The notes under the pieces are model-generated. The model did no database searches. It was not told the origin of the DNA and worked only from the letters and a program-made list of their open reading frames with translations. From the NCBI GenBank assembly GCA_002633005.1, contig NMRA01000071.1, forward strand, positions 1,011,961-1,075,960: 64,000 nt of DNA. The letters are read 5' to 3'. Shown here in pieces: positions 27,570 through 39,357 of this stretch. Within the stretch, counting starts at the first letter, position 1, and each line of letters opens with the position of its first letter. A program made the translations under genes and the position numbers. The stretch is from Phoronis australis (taxonomy: Eukaryota; Animalia; Phoronida).

Positions 27570-29975
27570 TGAAGAAAATGTAGCATCTCTCACTCATTAT
27601 CATACCTTGATAGTGAAGCACTCACCGAGCAGGACTAATTATGTACTTGTGGAAAGTCACAAGACTGCGACAAGGTTGGTGTCAGTGTCCCTTCATCTAA
27701 GGCATGGCGAATGTGTTCAAGTGAGACATCTTCCAACACATGGGCTTGCGACACTGTTTCTGTTAATGGGGCATTGAACTTTGCTAAGGGGATGTCATCT
27801 TCTGAATCACTTGCTTCGAAAGCTACATGTGAAAAAAGCAAACATCAAATTTAACTTCAGGTATCTGTTGTGTAACACATTCTTAAATACATACACAAAA
27901 CGCACCAAGAGTGGCGTAGATGAAGTAATATCCCACGAGACATTGTTATGAGTATCAACTGAGACCATATGCTTCGAATTCCTGAGTTTCTTTAATTTTT
28001 TGGCAGATTTTTTGACATTTCACTTAGACTTGTTCACGTGGCAGATCACGTCCTATATGTAAATACTTGGGCATTAGGTTACAGGACTTCTCTGGTAAAA
28101 GAAACTGTAAAATGTAACAATTTATTACTTGAAAAAAGATAACAAAGATGGAAACAGTGGTAACGGTGCAGTGAACTTGTAACCTCTGCTGAAGCTACTT
28201 AAATAACAATATTTCATATTGTAGTTACCAAGGAATAGGCGGCTGAGTTGTGAACGATATATCATAAAGCAATTGAAAACTGAGACAGAACTGTCATATA
28301 AATAACAGTGCTGTTCCATATGTTACGATTGAGACAAGATTGCATGTTGAGTGTAATTTACACTGCTGCAATTGTATTACTTTAAACCATATTCGGAAAC
28401 TTTGATGATCGAACACATCAAAGACGTTGAGTAAACATTGACGCTTATGACACCAATGTTAATCAGTCGAGTTTTTAAAAATAAAGCTTTGAGTCAAGGT
28501 GTCTTAATGATTCAAAGATATATTGCCATCATCATTTATATTCTAAAATAATTAATTTAAAAAAAATAACATCCAAATATAGATGTTGTGTTACTCATAC
28601 ATAAAGAAAATGTAGTATCTCTCACTGATTATCATACCTTATAGTGAAGCAGTTGCCGAGGAGGATTCATTATGTACTTGAAGAAAGTCACCAGACTGTG
28701 ACAAAGTTGGTGTCAGTATCCCTTCGCCTAAGGCATGGCGAATGTGTTCAATTGAGACATCTTCCAGCACATGGGCTTGAGACACTGTTTCTGTTAATGG
28801 GGCTTTAAAGTGTACAGAACATGACTCTAGTGCCTCAAAATAAATTTTATTATTATATCTTACTTGATTTCAGTGCCTTTAGTGCACAGCTCATAAAGAA
28901 ACACGCAAAAAATTGAAAAAATAATAATTATGTACAACGTCATGGGTTGAACCCAGGTCGTTCGCCATACCGTTCGGATCAGAGACAAAGTGTATAGAGT
29001 GAAGAGAATGCAAAGTACATTTAGCGTCGAGAAGGTTCGTAGAGGGATCAAAAGATGTGTTTCCGGAGGCTGCAGCAACAGCAGCCAGGCGGAAAACGTC
29101 TCGGTGTTCCGAAGGACACCAAAGTTGCGCAGAAGTGGCATGACTTCGTGCGCCGAACGAGAGTGTGGGACGTCATCGTGGACCAAGCGATTCGGTCCGG
29201 GGCCACTCTGTGTTCTGCCCACTTTGAGGACTCGTGTTTCGACTCCAGTCACAGGAGACGATGAAGGCCTGGTTCAATAAAGGACAATATTTATCATTCA
29301 GAAACATCAGCTCTTAATTCAGGATCGTCTGTTGGATGACTGGGTTGACTCGCCGAGCCCGAGGCCGCTTCTCTCGCGGGAGGATCCAGTTCATAAGGCT
29401 CAAAGTAGAAAAGTACGCAGCCGGAAGCACATTAAACTTGTTCTCGCTTTCGTGCAACCCCATTTCCTCATCCTGGCCACCATTCTCATACGTTTCTTCA
29501 TAGTATTCGTTCAATTCTTGCTCATAATCGTCGTCACTTTCAAATTCTCTGGTCTCCGCCATTGTTCAATGCTAGTCACTGATCTCTTGTGTTCAACCCA
29601 TGACGTCACATGGCGGGAAATGTGAAAATTGGCAAAATTGAAAGAAAAATCAAAATTTTGAGCTAATTACACAAAATAAACATGGGTTTAGCTAAATTTT
29701 ACGTCATACATTTAGTCTGTGGCCACCGGTAATTCAAAATGTGCAAAAATCCATGGTGTGTACTGTTTAATCTTTGCTAAGGGGATGTCATCTTCTGAAT
29801 CACTTCCTTCGGAAGCTACATGTGAAAAAAGCAACCAGAATTAATTTCAGTAAAGGAAAGAAAGCAATTGTGTAACAAATTCCACAATACATGTTAATCA
29901 ATCGAGTTTATAAAAATAAAAGATTTTAGTCTTAGCGTCTTAATGATTCGAAGATTCATTGCCATCGTCATTGCT
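27570..29975 (-). repeat. Tandem duplication of an exon-plus-intron unit of the P-like gene (27570-28545 and 28600-29975); second copy split by an insertion
   Basis: The exon encoding SDSEDDIPLAKF...LEDVSLEHIRHAL (acceptor ttttttcacatgtag|, donor |gtatga) is present twice. Adjacent intron sequence is also duplicated (28458-28545 vs 29891-29973). Confidence 0.85.
28809..29766. mobile_element. Internally deleted Kolobok-type DNA transposon (THAP remnant on +, KolX-like remnant on -)
   Basis: Perfect TTAA TSD (28805-28808, 29767-29770), with an empty-site equivalent in the paralogous exon copy at ~27770. Imperfect 15-bp TIRs AGTGTACAGAACATG / CATGGTGTGTACTGT. Frameshifted THAP RCVSGGCSN...VPKD...W..FVRR...LCSAHF (29046-29264). 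Opposite strand has an acidic N-terminus with YFEP...RADVSE* (29562-~29297). Confidence 0.8.
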
Positions 29976-30199
29976 GATTATTCTAAACTAATTGATTTGA
30001 AAAGATTCACTCTCAAATATAGAAGTTTTGTTATCTTTTTTCTCATCCTGTGATTGGAGTTGACAGGCTTTGTACTTCCTGAATAGACCTTTTTTCCTTT
30101 TACCAATGTGTTTCTTCTTGTGCACGGGCATCTGCAATTAACAGTCACTCTCGTTTCAGAAGACACAAAGCCGACCAAGAAAATTGGAAAACAAATGGA

Positions 30200-30376
30200 A
30201 TTTTAGAAAAGTTGATGTATGTTAGTTTCAAACCAGCCTTTCTTGTTCATAGCTGCCTACCAAAGTTTCATTTAACGGACCTACCGGATGGAAACAAATA
30301 CAATTTAGCAGATAAGTCAGTTGGACCATATAAGATCGGTTCCTAGGTTGGGCGAGTTACAACAGTAGTTTACCAA
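30200..30376 (-). pseudogene. Degenerate THAP-domain remnant, probably 5' part of the P-like transposase gene
   Basis: Across frameshifts reads (M)VNYCC...NRS...KLYLFPS...KLW*AAMNKKGW, fitting the THAP pattern C..C...FP...W...W. Same strand as, and upstream of, the transposase. Confidence 0.45.
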
Positions 30377-32660
30377 TGAAAACTAAACATAAAACAGTGT
30401 TTTTGGGCAGTTTTGAGGCAGACCCAATGAAATGTGTCCATCAATATTAGCTGAAACAGCGTTTCTTTGATAATTGGGAAAGCAGATAGCAGTTACAAAA
30501 AGTTTAGGGGAGGCTGGAAAGCAGTGTATTGTTTATGAATGGTTGTAAAGATTTCAAAACTACGTGTCATCGCAAGGAAAACAAGCGCAAACTCAATTTT
30601 CAAACATGTTAAATGGAAATAAGCCTCTCACTAAGAGGTCACATTATGTGTTAATAACCCACTTCAATAGACAGACATCAAGTCTTACAAAATTCAGGGC
30701 TATGGAATACACCTATTTTACAGCAAGTGGTTGCTTAATTAGTCAAGTCTAATGTTTTCCCACGAAAAACTGCCAGAAACCAGGAATTATGACCCAGCTA
30801 TATTATAAATTGTTCCTGTATATCATCTGCCACAGTATTTTTATCCTTATACAACATCCAGATGTCGGGATCAGAAAGCTGGTGATGACAGACATTTTAT
30901 TGGTTGCAAATATTACAAAATTGTTGTTTTTGCAAACATAATCTGCAAAAAGGTGTTCTTAAGTTGGCTTGTGCTGAGGAAAGCTACAATATCTCTGAAT
31001 ACTACAATGAAGAATTTGATCTTGAAAAATAGCTTCTAAAGTTAATGTTCATAATAGCACAAAACTAACCATACTTTACAGGAAAATACTCAGTGAGAGT
31101 GACAGACGCACATGCTGTTATCGATTAATCGAGTAGGCCTGAACGGGGGGCTTTTTCAATCATCGTTGATTTCTTAAGCATACGCTTTTTAATCTTCTGG
31201 TACAAAATTTCAAAATACGAATAGTAACTAACGTCCTTGGTTTGTCTTTGAACCGCTTACAAATTCGCAAGCATCTCCTGAGTCAAGCCGGCCGCCATTT
31301 TTAAATATTTGACTTCGACGTTTTGGTGAAATTGCGTAAACAATTACACAAAATTACGCCAAAATTACTGACAAAACTATACTTTGTTGTCAAATTTGAT
31401 TCTAATACTTACTGTAAATAAGTCATCAGGCCTTTCGAAGAGACAACTGGCGCAAAGAAACGGATCAAAATCGACACTGACCTTACCACGACATCGCGTC
31501 AGTTTCCAAGAGACACATCCTGGTCATTGCCTGTGGCACCCTGGGTAATTTCCCAAACAATACCGCAACGAAGTCCAGAGACCAATTATAGGATTAGCCA
31601 CACATCTATGCTTTGCAGTTTGCCGCGTTGCTATTCCTTCTCTTACTGGTTCCTAGGATGACTCGAGCAGAGGACGTGTACAATCAAGTCGGTCAAGTGT
31701 ATTTCTTATCTGTCTGCTTATTGGTGTAAACAAATCACATTTTGCATCAAGTTGTCACGCCTGAGTTGATAGGTCGAACAGAGCGACTGTGTCTTCAAGT
31801 TTAACATTTCATTCATAGACGAGTATTTCAATAATGTGTCTAGTAGGCTGGGCATTGCATTAAATGGACTGCCTTCTTTCTCCGTCATCGCGTGTTTTGA
31901 GATTTGTTCTTCAACAGTGATTTTCACAGCGAGTCCTTAAATTATCGCCACCTTCTGTCTTTAACCCCGTTTGAAATTAGCACATGATGTGGAACTTAGT
32001 CAATATTCACTGGTATTGGATACATAGCATTGTTTGACGTTCACAAGGATCGTTAACTTAGTAATAGAATTATTAAGCTCGGGCACATATCGACTGTTCT
32101 GAAAGGACGGGTCAGTCGCAATCTGGATTAGGTGCGCATATACATGTACAGCTTGGGGGAGGGGGCTTCGGCAACAGGCCGAATGTTACCGTAAAAGTTG
32201 CCACTTGTACGTAGTGTTGAACAAATTTGCCTATACGCCGTAAAATTGTCACTGCTTTAGGACAGTGACTAAGTGACTAACTGGTAAAACAAGTGGATAT
32301 GATTTCTTACACTTCAAACTTCACGTTTTCTGATTTTGCGTTGTTTTGTTGTTTGCGGCACTAACTTCCAGAATGGCATCATACCACACTCTGCCTACTT
32401 GACTTGGCGCTCTCTTCAACATCAAAAATAAACGACTCTGAAATGGTTGTGATGTTTTATTTTCACGTGCTTATTTTTTTCATAAGAATGCATGGTCATG
32501 GCCAATAACGTACGAGTATTCCTTTCTGTGGCTTTTCTGTCTGAAAAAAACAAGTGGCCATCATGATTTTAATGTTTATTTTTGCTCAAAACTTTACAAC
32601 CGATTGTGACATAGTAACAGCAAAGTCCGGTCTCCCTAATTACTCAGACTTCACACAAAA

Positions 32661-33774
32661 CACAGGCGCTTGGGTTTATCGCAAATGACGTCACTCTATA
32701 ATATATATAAGAAAACATAAAGGTTGGACACTCGAAAACTGTTTGCTCAGAATTTTCCACTATAATGTGCATGGAACTCTACGAAACTAGCATCGGACAA
32801 CTCTTAGAATACCTTCTTTCATTTGATCTCTTCAAATTGCCTTCGAGTGGTGATTTGGCGACAAAAATGCCAAAAGTGCCAAAATCAGAAATTCAAGGAC
32901 CTGATGCCGTGATGTCATGGCAGACGGTCTTCGCACATCCGGGTTTTGACCGACGCTCCCGAGCTAAATCCGAAAGTCTAATTTCGCGCGGCTTTCGCCG
33001 TCAATCCATCGACTACTTGATCATGAGAAGCAGAGAGCACTTTATTGCCAAATAAATGTAATTACTCACATATTTGTGTCAAATATAAATTATCCTGATA
33101 CTGTATTGATATGCGAAGTTTTTTGTGTCCTGTGATTTCTTATGAAGGTTTTATTTTTGACCAAAACCATTGAGTTAACTCGTCGGCCACGCGCATTGTA
33201 ATACTTGCACGGACTGCGTTTCCTAGCCGAGAGTGTGTTATGCTTCAATCAAAAAAGTGTGTGATGTCAAGATGAGAAACAAGATACGCCAGTTTATGTA
33301 ATAAAGTTCTAAGTTAAGGGCTAAAATGAGCCGTCAATGGAATAAAGTTACAAATAATCATTAAAATACTAACTTTAACGTTCTCAATTAGTTGAGTTTT
33401 GGATTAGAATTATTGAATTTGAAATATTGGTTGCTTGCTCAAACTCGAAGTTTCACCTACGTCTGGCGTACAAGTTGAAGCACAACTGAAATCCGCCATG
33501 TTTACTATTTCAGGTCCTTGAATTCAGACTTTTGAGATTGTTTTGGAAATTCCATCGCCACTTCACCACTCACGAAGATAGTTGATGGGATCTAGGAAAG
33601 ATAAGGCTTCGAATGTTAATGCAATACTAGGCTAAGGGAGGTGCACGCAGATTTTATTTGGATTTTGGACGGTTGAAGTTGGGAGCCTCGGCTCAACAGA
33701 TTTCGAGTGTCCAACCTTTATGTTTTCTTATATATATATTGTGACGTCATTTGCGATAAACCCAAGCGCCTGTG
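32661..33774. mobile_element. Non-autonomous TIR element with CAC...GTG ends and ~80-bp near-perfect TIRs
   Basis: CACAGGCGCTTGGGTTTATCGCAAATGACGTCAC...AAGAAAACATAAAGGTTGGACACTCGAAA is mirrored at ~33700-33774. No clear TSD, so superfamily not assigned (CAC/GTG ends suggest CMC or Transib type). Confidence 0.8.
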
Positions 33775-35749
33775 ACTCAAAATAAAACTCAGACTTCATA
33801 CTCAACTCCAGTATAGTCTCATATTTGATGTATTCAATGTCATACTTAAAAAAATGAACTAAAAATTTAGAGCACGTAATCGAAGTGAAGTGCACCTCAT
33901 TTATACATGTATTTCGAGTAAGATGTTGTGTAAAAATTCCGAGTATATGCTCCAAATTTCAAGTTTTGTATGGCAGTGTGCTTGAAATTGCACTAAAAAT
34001 AAATATGAGCTAGAGAAGAATGTATCGAAAGACCATTGAGATGCGTAGCAAATGAAAAGAGTCTTGAAGCCATATTACAGCGCTTCTGTCTCAGTTCAGA
34101 GACAACAGTTTTCATTTTAATTCTTCTTCATCTTAGTGTCACCGCATTTCATTGCAACCTACTTATCAAATTCCTACGATTCCTAGCAACAGGCGTATTC
34201 TTATTCCGTATCGGTGAGTCACTATACACGGGCCCAAAGCAGCTGAGGGGAAAGCCGTTTAGGAAGTTTGTGCTGCCCTGATTGCAGTAGGTGTGCAACA
34301 GTTTGTTAGGTTTCCCAAACACCAGGGGCCAGGAAAGTTAAGACTTTGCTTCCGTGTCAGGTACAACTGTACACTTCATATCATAGATTAGTTGTCGATC
34401 ATTCCTCAATCCCCGAAGGGTATTCCAGACTTTGTTTAAAGATTTCTGAGCAGACCTCTCATGCCGTTCACTAATGAACTCTGAATACCTGTACACGATG
34501 TATTTTTCAATACACGTGCCAAATATCAACTAACTTAACACATTCCGGAAAAAACGTAAAGATACAATATCAAAGTTTTGACATTTATGTAAGGTTGTTA
34601 TATATCAGTGAAGACTGATTCGCAAGCGAAAGAGCAAGTACGCAACCAAACAAGTGCGGCTCAAAATGTTGACTGGCGTATTGTCTGACCTGGGCAACCG
34701 GCTAACAAGGGAAGAACTCTGTCGTCGGCAATAAAGATCCAATAGCTTGAAATTCGACCCCCCCTCGGAGAAAATGTGCTCTCCCTTTAGATGCTGATTG
34801 TGCGCTTGTGATATGGTGTCTGACCCTCGAGGCCGGGATCACCGGCCAACCACTCCATCACATTTGCCGTCAATTTTTGGTGTGAACATGCCAATTTTAG
34901 CAGTAAATGTGCCAAGTTTAGGGAATCATGAACCCTTTTGCCACCCTGTCTAAATCAGACACTGATATTGTACCAGCTCCTGCCGTGACTTTGATGTGAT
35001 GAGCTGCTACAAATTCTTTTAAACATTTTCGGGAGGACAGGAACGCAAAAAGTAAAGCTTAATGATGGGGCTATTCGGAAAATCTACAATAACTAGAGGG
35101 CGTGCGTGTACTAGTGGTGATAGATTAACAGCCTCGATTTCGCGAGCCCTTTAAATACATGGTGAAATGGCTTGCAGCCGTGCCAACTAAATCTGAGATT
35201 GCGTAAAAAGGGTGCTTCTATGAGAGCAAGTAAGCACGACCTCATACAAAGGTAAGGTTTGTGATTATTTTAACGATTATTCCATGACTATTCTACCGAT
35301 GCTTGTTAACTGAGGCACTCGCCGATGTCGACTTCGCGGCAGGTAGTCGCCAGCCAGAGTCTGGTTAATGTTTGTATGTTGTGATATGTGATACGATACT
35401 TGACGTAGCAATCGGCATCTTTTCGTACATCAAAGCATTATTATTGTTTGGAATGATTTCTAAAAGTTTATCAGTGACAGTTACATCAATCAATGCTGAA
35501 TGTTTATGCTGGCAACTCGATACAGGTTAATGAGTTAAGATTACAATCCAGTCCCAATGCCAAAGGGTACGCGAGTGATAAATATCCATTGCATTAGACT
35601 AATATTTAATTACTCCCTATCATATGTCTTCTGGAAATCTATTACACGTTGAAATGGAAATCTATCACGTCAGTTTTCACGTAAGCTTTTGTTTTTAGGT
35701 TTGAAGGCTTGTACCGTGCAGAGGAGATATGCATCGCTTCTGTACCGTC

Positions 35750-37285
35750 CCTGAATGGACAAAAATTGGTTTTTAGCATTTGACTGCAGCTAACCAACAA
35801 GATCTTCCCATCCAGTGCAGATCTGTTGTCAAAGCCTACTTTCAATATTGGAGACAACAAGTCATTTTGTTAAATTACTTATTCAGGTCCCGTGGGGGGA
35901 TTGCCATGGGGGTTGCAATATTTGGTACAACTGGATGTGTGGAAATAAAAGGTAATACATGTATGGGGAAAAGAGCATGGTGAGGTAATTCTTAACCTTC
36001 ACGAAGTCCCTTCAAGTTGATTTCATGAAACTGTTTTGCTACTTGTATCAATTGCAAAACCACGAAAATTTATTACATTTTCCGAATTCACAGTGACTGA
36101 ATAGTCTTAACTCATGCCTTGAAATGTTGCAAGACCTTATAAATTCAAATGACTGCCATTTTTCATGGTGCCTTAAGATTTGTAATTACAACAGAAACAT
36201 TATCCATCATTTTTAAATGACCCAAGTCTTCATATATTCTATTAGAAGAAAAACGGTTCCCTCAACCTTAGGCTAGAAGTATGCTTGACAGACCCATGAA
36301 CCTGTAATCTGAGTTTAAAATTGCTGAAAGTATCAAAATTAAAAAGGCTAACTAAAAATGGGTAACAAAGGTTTGAAGTTGTCTCAAAAAAATTGTATAT
36401 TTTACAGACAAGTGATGCGTTTAAAGAACTGTTATGGCTAGGGATAAAAAATAAAGACACAGTTTTATGCTATACTCATTATATACACCCTTGGTTTATG
36501 AAAATAGTAATTATTTACTTTTATGTGAAACTGTAGACCAATCACCATATATTTTTGAAAAACAGGGATAACATTTTTGATCCAATCTGGAGTACTTAAT
36601 TATTCATATTTAAATATTTGTTCCAGGTTCAGTGACATTTTAAGGCCACTTCAAGCTGTATCATAGACAAGCTTTGTTACTCCGTTCTCTTCCCACAGCA
36701 CTTCCACAAACCAGCAGTGCTGCATGGCACAATGTGCAAGTCAGTGGCCCTTGAGAAATGTGAATCGCAGTACTAAGTTACCATAAGACAATGTGCCAGT
36801 GGACTGTCTGTGTATCCTGGGCCCGGTCTCTAATCTTTGTACTCGAAACGAACTCGAAACTATGTTTGGCAATTTCTCTGCTCCTTTAGTGCGAACTTAA
36901 GATAATTGGTTATCAGACTGTGCTCGAATACATTATAGTTTATGCATAGGAGTTTCTAGTTCAAGTTTGCCCTTGAAGACCCTTATATTTGTGCTACAAA
37001 CTCGAGTAAAAACTCGAAATTTCGAGTTCAAACTCGAACTTATTGCTTTAATATTTAGTTTACAAACTGTGAACTAAGGGCAATAAATTAACTACGTAAG
37101 TTATTGTGTACTCGAGCATAGAATAATAGACAATTATCTTGAGTTCGCCCAAAAGTAGAGTAGAAAATGCCAAACCTAATTTCGAGTTTCATTTCGAGTA
37201 AAAAGATTAGAGACCGGGCCCAGAGGAACTATATCTGACTGCTACACAAATAAACCTTGTTGGTGAGGATGCCCTCTCATAGGCA
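35750..37285 (+). pseudogene. YqaJ-like (lambda exonuclease family) gene remnant of the ISL2EU element
   Basis: With the 36820-37220 MITE removed, 36714-37283 reads AVLHGTMCKSVALEKCESQY*VTIRQCASGLSVYPEELYLTATQINLVGEDALS, a degenerate version of HG...E..A...Y......CGL.V.P..P.LAASPDGLV.ED..VE.KC. The upstream part (35750-35980) is weaker. Confidence 0.6.
36820..37220. mobile_element. 401-bp Harbinger-type MITE, copy A
   Basis: TIRs GGCCCGGTCTCTAATCTTT / AAAGATTAGAGACCGGGCC with flanks CTG/CAG. Nearly identical to 53186-53586. Confidence 0.92.
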
Positions 37286-37339
37286 ATGAGTCATGTGTGG
37301 ACAATTAATAGCTTATTTCCTTTCCTGGAAGAAACATGA

Positions 37340-38775
37340 GGGACTGAAGCTAAAGAAGACCTAGTCACACTCTGGTCTAGTTTAGAGTCTGATTTTGGGC
37401 TCAAAACGATTCAAGTGATATGCTGCTGTGTTTACCTTCAAGGGTCTAATTGTGGATGTTATTGAGGCTGAACGAGGTTACATGAAAGAAAGCCACGTGT
37501 TGAAACTGGACCTTTTTACAAGCGCTTCTATAGGCCATTGAAACTAAAACCCAGTGAAATGAAAACCAAAAGCTGAGTGACATTAAATTTTCCTTTCAGA
37601 AGAAATGCTTTATACTCATGGTAAAAACTTTTCAATTTGGTACAGATTATGGGGGAAATGACATCGATTGTCTTATTGTATGTTTTCAATTGTAGCTAGC
37701 TGGATAAGAATCTGCCATGCACAAGATTCGAGAATAAACAATTATCAGTGTATTAAAAAAAAGGAAAACTGAAAAAGCACAGAAAGAAACAACATTGCGA
37801 GGTATTCCATAATCAGGCATATCAGGAGATGAATTTCTGAATTACGTTCAATTCTCTCAGGTTATTGCTGAAGGATTGCTTTTCACTTTGTCCAACGGTG
37901 AAATAGATGGCCAGGCGGTTGGTTTCATTTGTTTTTTCTCGCCTGTAACAGAATAGAAATATTAGCAAATTGTAAAAAGAAAAGACAAGCCAAAACTACT
38001 TTTGTAAGGCAGAACATACTTGACATTTAATCTTCATGTTCATGTGTAGAAACTAATAACCTTTGTACCCAAGTCTTATTTAATATCTGAATTAAAATAT
38101 GTGAAACAGGCTAAAAGTGATTTAACAATGTGTATTTTTCATGACACTTAAAATGTGCTTCTGATCTCAGCAAGCATTTTTTTCCAATGCAATGTCACGA
38201 CGTTTACTGAATTAAGGCTTATTCATATTAATTCGATAACTGAGCTGGTGGTCCTGGGGGTGGGGTCCACGGTAAAATAAGCAAACTCACTCATCTAGAG
38301 AATTTTATTGGAAACAGCATAGTTTTGAAGAGAAACTGCTGTGCAAAAGTCATTCTTGACTTCTGTGCATCACGTACCATACACCTCTTATTTTGGGAGC
38401 ACTCCCACCCAGGACAATATGAATATGTGCTGCTAGCCTACCCGGCATCGGGTGAGTTTCCAAAAAGAAACACATAGTTCCACTCAATAAACCTGTTATT
38501 CAGTGGGGTAACTGGTGGGGATAACATCACCGAACGATTTTGATAGAAACTGATTGCTAAAAACTTACCAAGTAATGTTGTGTAGTCGCCGAATGCCGGG
38601 AACTGCATTGCATAGTCATAGAGCAAACACGGGGCTTCAGCATCCACACACTTTTTGTCAGTTAGTTGACCCTGTTGACCGCAATTGTCCACGAATATAG
38701 TAACCTTAGGTCTTTTGGGAATTTGTGGCCCCCTGTCGAAGACTTGCACCAGGGAAATTAGCAGTAATAAGGCTT
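37340..38775 (-). pseudogene. THAP-HTH(-DDE) transposase remnant of the ISL2EU element (spliced)
   Basis: Exon 38775-38569 reads KPYYC*FPWCKSSTGGHKFPKDLRLLYSWTIAVNR...VCS, then after a frameshift DYTTLLG. It splices (|gtaagt ... ttacag|) to 37942 EKKQMKPTAWPSI, the THAP AVP-box equivalent. FNTWLSFM at 37481-37504 resembles HTH_Tnp_4. Confidence 0.65.
38251..38415. mobile_element. Small MITE in the intron of the ISL2EU THAP gene
   Basis: GTCCTGGGGGTGGGG ... CACTCCCACCCAGGAC inverted ends, with an internal AAAATAAG/CTTATTTT mirror. Confidence 0.45.
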
Positions 38776-39357
38776 AGCGCGACGACGTATTTTGATAAAA
38801 ATTCCATCTTTTACCAGTTGTTTACATGCAGACAGCCACGCATGCGCAATTCAATCACCACTAGTACAGCAGCGACACCGCGAAGAGAATTCTCCGAATA
38901 GCCCCATTGGCAGTGTAGCTTACGCGCAGAGGGTGCGCTGAATCAGTCCAACTGTGCGCGGTTTAGCATTTCACACCATAAAGAGATTCATAGCAACTCG
39001 AGTACGATTCCCAAATTTGAGTACACTTGAAATCTAGTAGACAAGTGACATGAAAAACGCTTTTCTGAGTACAACTGAGTATGAGTCTGAGTACGGAGAT
39101 TGGAGATCAGAACCAGACTTGCACTGACAGGGCAACAATAGGCACGTTCATTTTATGTTTCGTGACAAAAACTCCATATAATCATACATTATAGACAACA
39201 AATTCGCAACTCCGGCATATTCTTACATGATGAGCTGAACTCTCCTGACCTTTCTGGTGCATTTTCCGGTTAGTGTGTTTTGACGAGAAATACTTGCATC
39301 TACTTTACTGTCGAAAACAACGAAAAAATATTAATTTCGGCATTAAAACGCTTTTCA

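Larger units (their letters stand above)
35067..38905. mobile_element. Decayed ISL2EU-type DNA transposon
   Basis: TIRs GGGGCTATTCGGA / TCCGAATAGCCCC with a 2-bp AT TSD (35065-66, 38906-07). It splits a host repeat and contains convergent YqaJ-like (+) and THAP-transposase (-) remnants. Confidence 0.8.
32624..39113 (-). mobile_element. Second (inverted) copy of the 4547-6282 Harbinger-like element, interrupted by nested insertions
   Basis: 33775-35064 and 38908-39113 match the reverse complement of ~6250-4900 and ~4780-4550. Degenerate TIR remnants at ~32624 (GTCCGGTCTCC) and ~39095-39113 (GGAGATTGGAGATCAGAAC). Confidence 0.75.

Noticed and set aside
28860-29625. ORFs 28860-29252 (-) and 29332-29625 (+) with hydrophobic ends
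   Set aside because: Antisense shadows of the THAP and KolX-like remnants.
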